Source: a virus. Taken from it: 64,000 nucleotides of DNA. The position numbers and the translations under genes were made by a program. The notes under the pieces were generated by a model, which was not told the origin of the DNA, made no database searches, and saw only the letters and a list, made by a program, of their open reading frames with translations. The DNA lies in IMG/VR virus record IMGVR_UViG_3300010965_000002, positions 32,001 to 96,000 of that record; one strand, 5' to 3'. Positions 17,064 to 25,684 of the stretch are shown one piece after another (positions within the stretch are counted from its first letter, which is position 1; each line of letters starts with the position of its first letter).

Positions 17064-17620
17064 GCCTCGCTCTCGCTACATTTGATTGGTTCACCGCCAG
17101 TAGATACAAGGCTAACACCAAAAGCCTCGATGGAGTCAATCTTTCGATATTGAAGACCATGCGCTTCACGACCTGCGTCCACAATGTCACGCAGTTCCAA
17201 CCAGAAGGTATGGTAGCGTTGCGTGCGCTCAAAGTCTTTCTGGGTGATACCCTTCAAGCGTCGAATGTCACTGTTGTCACGCAGGTCTTCCATCTTGACC
17301 AGAATACTATCCCAGTTGCTTTTAACTTTCGCTTTGTATTCTTCGTAGCTTTCGCCAGCAATCTTTGTCAAGCAACGGATACCGTTAATAACACGCTCTG
17401 GCATACCAGCCTCACGAAGTTGTTGATAGGTGAAGCCGCAGTCTTCAACAAGATCGTGACCCAATGCGATACATTGCAAAAACTCGTCCTTAGTACGAAG
17501 TCTGTGCATGATACGCAATGGATGCAGAATGTAAGGATTACCACCCTTATCAAACTGACCATCGTGACCATTGACTGTGAGCACCAGCATCGTACTCAGC
17601 ATACTACCTTTCTTGACCAT
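17060..17620 (-). CDS. RelA/SpoT-type HD hydrolase (small alarmone hydrolase-like)
   Basis: H.GQ.DKGG.PYILHP, ALGHDLVED, LTK, VKMEDLRDN; AAGGAG RBS before MVKK. Confidence 0.85.
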   Translation of the reverse strand: MVKKGSMLSTMLVLTVNGHDGQFDKGGNPYILHPLRIMHRLRTKDEFLQCIALGHDLVEDCGFTYQQLREAGMPERVINGIRCLTKIAGESYEEYKAKVKSNWDSILVKMEDLRDNSDIRRLKGITQKDFERTQRYHTFWLELRDIVDAGREAHGLQYRKIDSIEAFGVSLVSTGGEPIKCSESEA

Positions 17621-17870
17621 CTTGATTCTCCTTGATGTATTGAACATCGAAATTGCAGCGGGATAAGTAAGCTCTGTCACCAGACAACTGTAAGTCTAAA
17701 CGTTCAAGGGCTTCATAAAACGGCTTTGGTTCATGCCGTGTGTGGTAGGCTCTACGATGGAAAGCTGCTGAGGCTTTGACAACCTCAATGGCAAACTGTG
17801 TTGCGTCCATAGCTTCTTGGGCAAGAGCGGCCTCGTTTACCGCACGCATTAGCTCAAGACGGATACTCAT
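17604..17870 (-). CDS. Hypothetical protein
   Basis: Tiling with short overlaps. Confidence 0.55.
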   Translation of the reverse strand: MSIRLELMRAVNEAALAQEAMDATQFAIEVVKASAAFHRRAYHTRHEPKPFYEALERLDLQLSGDRAYLSRCNFDVQYIKENQDGQER

Positions 17871-18255
17871 TTGGAAAGCCTGTGAACAAAATGCGGATAC
17901 GTTCGCGCCATGTGAATGGCTTTGGTGCAGGCACATGCGTTATGGTGTAAACACGAGGCGGCTCCGGCGGAAGACCCAAACGTTCGCGCAGCAACTCTGG
18001 ATTGGGCTTCAAATGCTCGGGCACACGACAAGTCAAAGGATTGACGTAAACTCGATGCCAGAACTTATCCAAGTAAATGATGTGCGCTTTTTCAACGTGA
18101 ATGCCTTTAGGTGTCTTACCACTATGTTGGTTCAGTATCCAAGTTTCTGCAAGGCGGCGTGTGGCCGCACAGTGCAATTCTTCGCGTCGAGGCCACGTAC
18201 CTTGTGTCACTAACCATGTTGGCGTTGTACCAGCAGGCCAGAAATCCTTTTTCAT
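17854..18255 (-). CDS. Hypothetical protein
   Basis: ATGA overlap; GAGG RBS. Confidence 0.65.
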   Translation of the reverse strand: MKKDFWPAGTTPTWLVTQGTWPRREELHCAATRRLAETWILNQHSGKTPKGIHVEKAHIIYLDKFWHRVYVNPLTCRVPEHLKPNPELLRERLGLPPEPPRVYTITHVPAPKPFTWRERIRILFTGFPNEYPS

Positions 18256-18758
18256 GCTTTACCTCGTAGTGATTTTTCTTTCGGCATCTTTGCCAAAATC
18301 TTTTTGTGGGTGGCTGCGTCCAACTCTTTAACGTCAACCAACTTTGCCACAATCAACGTCCAGCCTTCTTTCCAGGTACGCTTGGCAAGGCGCACACTAC
18401 TGCTGTGCTGCTTACCATTGTCACTGACATTCAACCAGAAGGCTTCAACATCGTAGCCTTGGCTATCTTTACCAACACGATAACCAATGCCTTTGATGCC
18501 AGTATTGGTGTTGCTACCGAATGGGTCAAACACTCGCTTGACAGCAGAAGCCTTTTGCAGTGCTTCGTATTTCTTGTCAAGGTCTTCTGCCTGACGCCAT
18601 AGTTCTTTGCGTTCGGCCTCAGTAGCATCACGCCATGCAGTCACACCTTTACGTGTGACTGGTTTACGAAAAGAGAAATGCGTTTGTTTGGGTTTACCGT
18701 CGATTGTTCGTTGTACTCGAAGGCCCTTAAATTTACCGTTTAACTCGCGTACACTCAT
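18252..18758 (-). CDS. Putative AP2-like DNA-binding protein
   Basis: SNTNTGIKGIGY plus three-strand/helix pattern twice; no HNH motif. Confidence 0.5.
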   Translation of the reverse strand: MSVRELNGKFKGLRVQRTIDGKPKQTHFSFRKPVTRKGVTAWRDATEAERKELWRQAEDLDKKYEALQKASAVKRVFDPFGSNTNTGIKGIGYRVGKDSQGYDVEAFWLNVSDNGKQHSSSVRLAKRTWKEGWTLIVAKLVDVKELDAATHKKILAKMPKEKSLRGKA

Positions 18759-18798
18759 TGTGTACTCCTTTGGAAATCAGCTTATGGCTGTGTAGCAA

Positions 18799-18820
18799 AT
18801 GCCGCACCTAAGCACGGCAT
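18799..18820 (-). terminator. Putative terminator hairpin
   Basis: ATGCCGTGC-TTAG-GTGCGGCAT followed by a short T run; intergenic. Confidence 0.4.
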
Positions 18821-18822
18821 AG

Positions 18823-19080
18823 TTAGTTTGTTGGCATGTGTTGACCTTCGGTGCAAAGTGGGTCAGGGTCACCAGAGTTAATCAAATACGCGCATTTCTG
18901 GCAGTAGTATTTGTATGTTCCCTTGTTGTACCAAGTTGCATTTGGTTGCTGACATGCCTGTCGATTGCAGTTACCTTCAAAGACACCTTTGAGTGTTGGG
19001 TCTTTGTTGCACACGCAACGATCAGGTTTGTATTGGTGGCAAACGTCACAGCGCAACTGTGCGCCGAACATGAGGCTCAT
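18823..19080 (-). CDS. Cys-rich small protein
   Basis: Several CxxC pairs; ATGA overlap. Confidence 0.6.
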   Translation of the reverse strand: MSLMFGAQLRCDVCHQYKPDRCVCNKDPTLKGVFEGNCNRQACQQPNATWYNKGTYKYYCQKCAYLINSGDPDPLCTEGQHMPTN

Positions 19081-19307
19081 GTGGTTAACCCTTCTTCAAG
19101 GTTTGTGTTGCGAACATCAGCTTGCATAGGCTCTACGTAGCGACGTTCAATAACGCGCTCCGCCTCTGTGCCAGATAGCTGCTCTAGTTCTGGGTCGCTT
19201 GTTTGGAAACAGTCAGCCAAGAACAAAGCACCAAGGTTAGATGCGTTCTTGTTCTTAGCCAACCATTGTTTCCACGCGTCCCGGGTGAGACGACGTTGGA
19301 TGGTCAT
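19077..19307 (-). CDS. Hypothetical protein
   Basis: ATGA overlaps. Confidence 0.6.
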   Translation of the reverse strand: MTIQRRLTRDAWKQWLAKNKNASNLGALFLADCFQTSDPELEQLSGTEAERVIERRYVEPMQADVRNTNLEEGLTT

Positions 19308-19534
19308 AGTGACAGTTCCAGTTGCTTGACCTCTTTAGGTGTCAGCAAGTTGAGCGTGGAGGCCCGAATGAGCAAATACTGCATCACCGCTTTGAACTTG
19401 GGATGCTTATTATTGCGCGCGGCCAAATTGTGCAGCAACCACTTCACTGTATCGGGACGTGAAGCGTCGCGGCGGTTGATAGGCAGGTCCATCTTTGACA
19501 GATCGTTGTTAATCTGCTCAACCGGGTTTTCCAT
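19304..19534 (-). CDS. Hypothetical protein
   Basis: AAAGGA RBS before MENPVEQ. Confidence 0.6.
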   Translation of the reverse strand: MENPVEQINNDLSKMDLPINRRDASRPDTVKWLLHNLAARNNKHPKFKAVMQYLLIRASTLNLLTPKEVKQLELSL

Positions 19535-19548
19535 TTTCAATTCCTTTG

Positions 19549-20496
19549 TTACTGGATAGTCCACATATCGTCAACCAGACGACGTGGGTCATTGAACCAA
19601 GCAAACGGCATTTTGAAGTAGCCGTTGATACCCCAGTTGGCACCCCAACTGTTACGAACCCAAACAAACTTCTTCTTGAGGTCGTATCCCACAGCTACCA
19701 CAGCGTGACCGCCGAGGATAACTTCGTTTTTCTTTGGCAGCGCCAGCAGAGCACTGGCAGGCAAGTTTTCAAAACTGGCAGGCACCGAGAAGCCGAAGGT
19801 CACAGTGTTGCCGTTTGCCAAAGAGTTCAGCAAAGCGTCGAGTGTCAGGACACGGTAGTAACCCAACTTGCGCTTGGCGATTTCAGCCAGCAAACCAGTC
19901 TTGGCCTGATTGAAAGCCGCATTGCTGGGCTTGAGTGCAAACTTCTTGACATCGTAAGGCCACAGAGTTTCAACGCTGGTACCTGTCTTGGTCAGCCCTT
20001 TGATAACGCTGCGAATCTGTGCGCCATCATCTGTGCCCACAGTACCGTCGATCACGCGACCGTTGTAGTAGGCCATCAAACGGCTCAGAGCTTGAGTCAT
20101 GCCCAACTTGATTTCCAGCATGGAAGTCGAACTGTTGCCAGTGCAGCTACCGAGGTTGCCTTGATCTTCAATCACGTTGTCAAAGCCGATGCGGTCAACA
20201 ACCGCAGGCAGACCAGCTTTCAACTTCTTGACGGTGTACACGCGGTCACGGTGATCGGGTACATCAGGACGCCAAGAGAACGTGCGAACCAACTTTGCGC
20301 CAGTGCGATGCGGCTTTGCCTTGGCAGCCACTGGAGCAGCAGGCTTGGCGTGCGCGGCGACTTTCTTGATTGCCTTGACCATAGCTTTTGCCATAGTGGT
20401 GGGCTTTGCCTTGGCAGCCACTGCTGGCTTGGTTGCCTTAACTGCGTTCTTTGGTGCAGCAGCTTTTTTGCTTGCAGCGGGTTTCTTTGTTGCCAT
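19549..20496 (-). CDS. Papain-like (C1) cysteine peptidase with Lys/Ala/Pro-rich N-terminal tail
   Basis: QGNLGSCTG (oxyanion Q, catalytic C), GGHAVVAVGY (H), RNSWG..WG.NGYF (N). Confidence 0.92.
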   Translation of the reverse strand: MATKKPAASKKAAAPKNAVKATKPAVAAKAKPTTMAKAMVKAIKKVAAHAKPAAPVAAKAKPHRTGAKLVRTFSWRPDVPDHRDRVYTVKKLKAGLPAVVDRIGFDNVIEDQGNLGSCTGNSSTSMLEIKLGMTQALSRLMAYYNGRVIDGTVGTDDGAQIRSVIKGLTKTGTSVETLWPYDVKKFALKPSNAAFNQAKTGLLAEIAKRKLGYYRVLTLDALLNSLANGNTVTFGFSVPASFENLPASALLALPKKNEVILGGHAVVAVGYDLKKKFVWVRNSWGANWGINGYFKMPFAWFNDPRRLVDDMWTIQ

Positions 20497-20602
20497 TTGG
20501 ATTTCCTTAGTAAGTCAGATCAGTTTAACGCCTTGACCATTTAGGGCGACATGCTCTCAAAAGTCCGAGAAGCGTATGACAGTTATTTACAAGAGCGGTT
20601 TT

Positions 20603-21292
20603 TCATCCTCGGTTCTTGTCCAACCACGTCATAAGGTTAGTACGCGCAGTCATTACCTTCGTGCTGTAAGAGTTACCAGGCAGGTGCAGTGAGCCATTGT
20701 ATTGCAACAAGGCCTTGCGCATGTCGCCGTTGTACCAGCTAAGATACTCAGCCATGACCTCAGTGCCAACACGAATGTTGTTCTTCGGGTCATATACATG
20801 CGCAGTGTTAGGCATCTTGTCCATGTGCCACTTTGGTATGACCTGAGTCAAACCAATTGCACCTGCCGTACTTCGAGCGGTGTAATCGAATTCGCTTTCC
20901 ACCTTCATGATAGCAAGCATCACAAAAGGGTCAACGTCTGCTTTGGCCGCGTTGTTAAACGTTTCCTCAACAACCAACTTTGCGAACTCGGCACTCACAG
21001 GCTTCTTGGCATTCTTCTGCACCCATGCAACTGTCTGCTTGAACAGCACACTGTCGTTAGGTGCAGCCACCGATACCGTCTGCTTTCCTGTGTGTACAGG
21101 TTTCCATCGTGCGTCAAACCATTCTTGGAATACGCCGTAGGCATGAACACTGCTTACCAACATAAAGGCCAAGATCAGAAAGGCAAGCACGACTTTGCGC
21201 TTTGAATGGGTGGTCATACCAATATGAACACGCACACCTTTCTTAGTTGGAATCACACGCGGCACACCGCTGCAAAGGTGGTTAGCAATCAT
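20603..21292 (-). CDS. SLT-family lytic transglycosylase with N-terminal hydrophobic helix
   Basis: AIMKVESEF, GAIGLTQV, ALLQYNG motifs; helix VVLAFLILAFMLVSSVHA. Confidence 0.88.
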   Translation of the reverse strand: MIANHLCSGVPRVIPTKKGVRVHIGMTTHSKRKVVLAFLILAFMLVSSVHAYGVFQEWFDARWKPVHTGKQTVSVAAPNDSVLFKQTVAWVQKNAKKPVSAEFAKLVVEETFNNAAKADVDPFVMLAIMKVESEFDYTARSTAGAIGLTQVIPKWHMDKMPNTAHVYDPKNNIRVGTEVMAEYLSWYNGDMRKALLQYNGSLHLPGNSYSTKVMTARTNLMTWLDKNRG

Positions 21293-21633
21293 AGTCGTTC
21301 TCCTTGAAAAGAAACCGTTTTACGATCATTAGAAATCACAGGCCAGTAACCGAACGCCGTGATAGAGCCTTCGCGTGTCATGGTCGTGGTCAAGGCGTTA
21401 ATCCAGTCCTTGTACTGGTTGACCGTGTTGAGGTGATGCTCTGTCAAATCAGGGTCGGTCAGGTCGGTAACTTCACGATCAAAAATGTACTGACGTGGAA
21501 ACGTATCTTCCACTTCAACACAGTTCAATTCGATGTAGGTCCGCACTTGAATGGCGGCGATACACAGGCTAGTCATTTGCAACATTTCAGTTTCCTTAAG
21601 GTTAGTATTCATCATATTCATTTTGCTACCCAT
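21289..21633 (-). CDS. Hypothetical protein
   Basis: ATGA overlap; tiling. Confidence 0.6.
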   Translation of the reverse strand: MGSKMNMMNTNLKETEMLQMTSLCIAAIQVRTYIELNCVEVEDTFPRQYIFDREVTDLTDPDLTEHHLNTVNQYKDWINALTTTMTREGSITAFGYWPVISNDRKTVSFQGERL

Positions 21634-21827
21634 ACACGTTCGTACTTACCTTTCAATGCTTCTTTGCATGTCATAGGCGGCCGGTTGTTAGGAACTGTCA
21701 CACGTACACATTGTTGTGTGACAGCGGATATTTCTACCTGAGGTAGATCAAGATACTCGGCCAGCATTGCGTAGCCTGCCACCAGACACAGCATTACTAC
21801 AGCTAACCAAAGAAGGGCTGCTTTCAT
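21618..21827 (-). CDS. Small protein with N-terminal signal/TM helix
   Basis: GAGGAG RBS before MKAALLW. Confidence 0.65.
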   Translation of the reverse strand: MKAALLWLAVVMLCLVAGYAMLAEYLDLPQVEISAVTQQCVRVTVPNNRPPMTCKEALKGKYERVWVAK

Positions 21828-22107
21828 TTTCAATCTCCTCAAGCCAATTGTTGATAAGTCGCTTCACGGCACTGACGCTACCTGTTGTTCTGCGATAAGC
21901 CGAACCCATACACCGTATGGCTGCACCGTCCGTGCTATGACGCATGAAGCTGGTCATACCTACGACCAGATCGCTGCCACGCAGCTTGCTTTCGATGTTA
22001 CGCTGTGCATAGGTCACGCACACCAGATCAAGCTGAGGGAAGCTACGAACTAGCTCAGTGATCTGTGGTGGGAAAGGACCGAGCACAACAACTCGTTTAT
22101 TAGTCAT
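21748..22107 (-). CDS. DUF2325-like protein
   Basis: RVVVLG...SDLVVGMTSFMRH pattern. Confidence 0.55.
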   Translation of the reverse strand: MTNKRVVVLGPFPPQITELVRSFPQLDLVCVTYAQRNIESKLRGSDLVVGMTSFMRHSTDGAAIRCMGSAYRRTTGSVSAVKRLINNWLEEIENESSPSLVSCSNAVSGGRLRNAGRVS

Positions 22108-22555
22108 GGGGTTTTTGTCCGTTAGACCAGTCAATCATGTCAAACACTTTGGACGAGGCTTCTGCGCCTTGAGAGTCAGTAAGCACAAAATGGCCTGAAC
22201 GCATGTCAACACGAATGCCAATGTACTTGCATTCGATATGGGTCAGCCACTTCGTTTGCTTACTGGCTGCCTTAGCAACCAACTGCATCAAGCCTGGCAG
22301 ACTGCATTGGCCTGATGGATTCCACCACTTGTTGTGCGATTCAGTTATCAGGTGTGCCACCGTAGAGTCGGTTGCCATACTCGCGCACAGATGAACTGCC
22401 TCGGTTGAGGGCAATTCCAATGTTTGTGTTTGCACAGTGCCATCAGGCTTTGTGGTGTTGACATCAACATACCTGTGCTCAACTGTTTTGCGCAGTCTAG
22501 CAGCAGATGTGATACTCCAAGCGCAGACTTCGCGCAATGCGTAGGTGACGGTCAT
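22100..22555 (-). CDS. Hypothetical protein
   Basis: GAGGA RBS; tiling. Confidence 0.7.
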   Translation of the reverse strand: MTVTYALREVCAWSITSAARLRKTVEHRYVDVNTTKPDGTVQTQTLELPSTEAVHLCASMATDSTVAHLITESHNKWWNPSGQCSLPGLMQLVAKAASKQTKWLTHIECKYIGIRVDMRSGHFVLTDSQGAEASSKVFDMIDWSNGQKPHD

Positions 22556-22557
22556 GC

Positions 22558-22761
22558 TTATTCCTCAGTAGCTGTACGTTTGATTTGCGTGAGGCCGCAG
22601 CACTCACATTGACGTTGTTGGTCAAGGTACTGACCGATTACACGTTCACTGCCTTCAACTGGCTGGCCGCGCATACTTGACCTCCGGTGAATCTCGCCTT
22701 GCGCAACGATCTTCCATTTGCCCCACGTGTGAAAAACTTGCTTTGGTAATTGACAGAACAT
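22558..22761 (-). CDS. Small hypothetical protein with C-terminal CxCC
   Basis: AAGGAG RBS before MFCQ. Confidence 0.6.
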   Translation of the reverse strand: MFCQLPKQVFHTWGKWKIVAQGEIHRRSSMRGQPVEGSERVIGQYLDQQRQCECCGLTQIKRTATEE

Positions 22762-22771
22762 GAGAGACTCC

Positions 22772-23251
22772 TTATTCAGCGATATGGACATTGACACTTA
22801 CGCGCACTTGGTCGCCCACTTGCACAGCACGACGTATATAACCATTTACACGGCGACCCTCGAAGTCAACAACCACTTGCGTTCCTGACTGCCGCTGCTC
22901 GTACTGAGGCACTGCACGGCATGGCGCTGGCTGATACTGCTGAGGTTGATCGCGGTTGTCGAGCCTGTCGCCAACAATGGCACCTACTGCTGACATGATA
23001 ACCATTGCGGCAACACGACCATCGCCTTGGCCGATGCCATTGCCAATGCCTGCGCCGCCGATGCCACCGAGGATAGCACCAGTGTTACTGCGACCACCTT
23101 GTGGATAACCACCTTGCTGGTAGCCACCGTCTTGGCAAACAGAACCAACGTTGACGCGCTCGAATGTGGGCTGTGCTTGAACAACCGTACCCATTTGTTG
23201 GGCGTTTGCAACACCCGCGATCATGCAAAGAAAGAAGAGGACTGATTTCAT
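22772..23251 (-). CDS. Glycine-zipper 2TM envelope protein (YcfJ-like)
   Basis: Signal peptide; GAILGGIGGAGIGNGIGQGDGRVAA...GAIVG; C.......Q and VVVDFEG tail. Confidence 0.8.
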   Translation of the reverse strand: MKSVLFFLCMIAGVANAQQMGTVVQAQPTFERVNVGSVCQDGGYQQGGYPQGGRSNTGAILGGIGGAGIGNGIGQGDGRVAAMVIMSAVGAIVGDRLDNRDQPQQYQPAPCRAVPQYEQRQSGTQVVVDFEGRRVNGYIRRAVQVGDQVRVSVNVHIAE

Positions 23252-23252
23252 G

Positions 23253-23540
23253 TTAGCCACCTGTTGAGTTAGACATATCGGAAAGATAACCTTTAGCGCA
23301 CTCGATGTGTTCTTCGGCCAAGGCAATGTGACGGTGCATCGTAGCAAGTTCACTGTCAAGGATTTCGCTCAGTGTGAACGGGGTGCCACCATGTTCAGGC
23401 AGACCACCGTGAAACACTTTACCAAGTTTGTCGGCAAACGCACCTGCTGCGATACGCTGCTTGTAGTAAGAGGCACGCAGTTGGGACTGTTGTGCTTCCA
23501 TCATTGCCAAGTTGAATTTGTTTTGAAGTTGGGTTGTCAT
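23253..23540 (-). CDS. Hypothetical protein
   Basis: AAGGAG RBS. Confidence 0.7.
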   Translation of the reverse strand: MTTQLQNKFNLAMMEAQQSQLRASYYKQRIAAGAFADKLGKVFHGGLPEHGGTPFTLSEILDSELATMHRHIALAEEHIECAKGYLSDMSNSTGG

Positions 23541-23543
23541 CGT

Positions 23544-24365
23544 TCACTCCTTATAGTGAGTAGTTTGTTGGTATGGACTTGAGCCTTGAGCAGCTAATAG
23601 GTCTATGTACTTTTCAGTCATAGGTGGCGCTGCTCTGCGTAGTTTACTATCGGCAGTAATAGTAGGCAAGGGTTTTGGTCGCTTGTACTTTAAGAAGGCA
23701 AGTTGCCTAGCAATTTCTCGCTTGTTAGCTGCTTCTAGTTCCCTAGCAGCTTTTGCCTCCTGTTTAGCAACCACAGCATCTTTTTCAGCTTGAAGCGTTC
23801 TTGCTTGACGGTCAATCTTAGCCTGTTGTTTTTGACGATCAACCAACTCCTTGGCTTGTCTAGCACGAACCTCAGCTTCATCGCGTTTTGCAGCCTCAGC
23901 AAGTCTAGCTTCTTCAACGACCTTAGCCAGGTGGAGTTGTCTTTCTCTCCAGTTAGCTTCCTCTAGTTTTTCGGCAGCAAGGCGCGTCGCTAACCAGGCA
24001 TTTCGTTTTTGCTCTCGGGCAGCGGCGTTGGTTGCTAACAAACGGTCTAACAAATGAAGCCACGTCATTTTATAGCCCGACCATGCGAACGGTTGTTCCC
24101 ATTCGCCATTAGTAAAGTCTCTTGTTTTAGACCAGGTTGTATTGGCATAAGCCATGATCGCTGCCCAGTCGGTGTTCTCATTACTTAGTAACTTGGACAC
24201 GCTGTACGTTAATAGAGCCTTAGCTGTGCAAGACTTCATTTCCTGCCATATAAACAAAACTTTGTCAATTTCTTGACGCACGTTTTTCTTATACACTCTA
24301 GTGTTAGGCCTATGTGTACTAAAAACTAGCAGTGAGTCTATTGATTTTTTGCTCCTAGCAGTCAT
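23544..24365 (-). CDS. Hypothetical protein with long charged coiled coil
   Basis: ATGA overlap; A/E/K/R-rich helix in the C-terminal half. Confidence 0.7.
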   Translation of the reverse strand: MTARSKKSIDSLLVFSTHRPNTRVYKKNVRQEIDKVLFIWQEMKSCTAKALLTYSVSKLLSNENTDWAAIMAYANTTWSKTRDFTNGEWEQPFAWSGYKMTWLHLLDRLLATNAAAREQKRNAWLATRLAAEKLEEANWRERQLHLAKVVEEARLAEAAKRDEAEVRARQAKELVDRQKQQAKIDRQARTLQAEKDAVVAKQEAKAARELEAANKREIARQLAFLKYKRPKPLPTITADSKLRRAAPPMTEKYIDLLAAQGSSPYQQTTHYKE

Positions 24366-24661
24366 TCTTTGCTCCGGGTGATCTTGGTGAGGCGACTGGT
24401 ACGGTACTCGTTTTCCGTCCAGCACTTGTTGTACGCTTCTGCGCCCATCAGGCGTTTAGCTTTGACGTAGTTGAAGGTCTTGTTCATGCTGTCGTACACG
24501 TTCAGCACAAAGTGAAGACCAAACCGCTTGCCCAACTTCTTACGCAAGCGCGTTTCCAACTTGTCATGTTCAGCCTGCAACGTTGCAAGCTCTGCCTTGA
24601 GCATACCGAGCCGTTCAACGTCGGCCATTTCCTTGCTCATTCTGAATGCTGCTTTAGCCAT
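24362..24661 (-). CDS. Hypothetical protein
   Basis: AAGGA RBS; strong codon bias. Confidence 0.75.
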   Translation of the reverse strand: MAKAAFRMSKEMADVERLGMLKAELATLQAEHDKLETRLRKKLGKRFGLHFVLNVYDSMNKTFNYVKAKRLMGAEAYNKCWTENEYRTSRLTKITRSKE

Positions 24662-25169
24662 GATGGTTTTCCTTTTCTACAGCCACTTTATGGGCGTCAA
24701 GTATTGACGTAATCAGTGGGACTAACCAATGAGCACTGTTGCGTAATGGCGTCACGCTTTTGTATCCGAGGTCTTCTAGCCTGTGTATGTTGTTGCTGAA
24801 AGGTCGAAGGCATCGTTTGATACGGCTGACAACACGTTTCATGAGGTGAGCGTCACACGCTGTAGTAGTACACGGCCAGACCTCCAACATTTGTAGGTTG
24901 AACAAGGCTTTTTTGATTGTCAGGTTGTTTTGCACCAGTTGCACAACAACTTCAAGAAAGGCTATGTCTTCTAGGTCCATCGGCAAATGAGTTTCAAACG
25001 GACTCATTTGCACAGGCCTCAACTTATCGAAAGTTTCCTTTACGGAAAGTACAGGTTCGTCCAACAACACGCCAACCAAGTTCTGCCAAGGTGCCCACTT
25101 GTCCATATAGAGTTGAAGTGCCAATGTTTGTACTTCGGGTGCTGTCTGTGCCAGTGTACTAGCATTCAT
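24654..25169 (-). CDS. Hypothetical protein
   Basis: GGAG RBS preceded by a GAGGGC-TTCG-GCCCTC hairpin (25184-25199). Confidence 0.65.
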   Translation of the reverse strand: MNASTLAQTAPEVQTLALQLYMDKWAPWQNLVGVLLDEPVLSVKETFDKLRPVQMSPFETHLPMDLEDIAFLEVVVQLVQNNLTIKKALFNLQMLEVWPCTTTACDAHLMKRVVSRIKRCLRPFSNNIHRLEDLGYKSVTPLRNSAHWLVPLITSILDAHKVAVEKENHHG

Positions 25170-25207
25170 AGTTTCTCCAGATAGAGGGCCGAAGCCCTCA
25201 TGGTTGA

Positions 25208-25663
25208 TTACAGAAGCGCGAACGGTGGGATTGCGTCACCACGTTCGGCGTGCATTGCGACATCTTCGTCCCAATCAGCGAGACTCACTTTGCTGTGAAT
25301 CTTGTATGGGATGCGTGAATACTGAATCACTGCAACCACTTGATGGGGCGTACACTGCAAGGCGAGAATCAACTCGCTGTCAGTGACCAAGCCTTGTTGG
25401 TGCTGCTTAACACACTCAAGCATATCAGCGAAGGTACGCAGTGGCTTGGAGGGTGGCAAGCCAAGCGCGTATGCACATTGTTTCAGAGCAGGCGCTGTAA
25501 CCTCTGCACCGTCATAACCGTGCTGCATGAAGAAGCCACGCACTGTATCAGGTACCAAGCAGGCTCGCAGTGCATCATGAAACTCCTCTTTGAGTGAAGT
25601 CTCATACATGGTATGCGCTACACATTGCATGAATGTGGCAAGAAAGCGGTTATCTGGGTTCAT
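25208..25663 (-). CDS. Hypothetical protein
   Basis: CAGGAG RBS before MNPDNRF. Confidence 0.7.
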   Translation of the reverse strand: MNPDNRFLATFMQCVAHTMYETSLKEEFHDALRACLVPDTVRGFFMQHGYDGAEVTAPALKQCAYALGLPPSKPLRTFADMLECVKQHQQGLVTDSELILALQCTPHQVVAVIQYSRIPYKIHSKVSLADWDEDVAMHAERGDAIPPFALL

Positions 25664-25684
25664 GACATTCTCCTGAAACGAAAA

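Noticed and set aside
19546-20544. 332-aa plus-strand ORF opposite the C1 protease
   Set aside because: Antisense shadow of a strongly codon-biased gene; no RBS or motifs.
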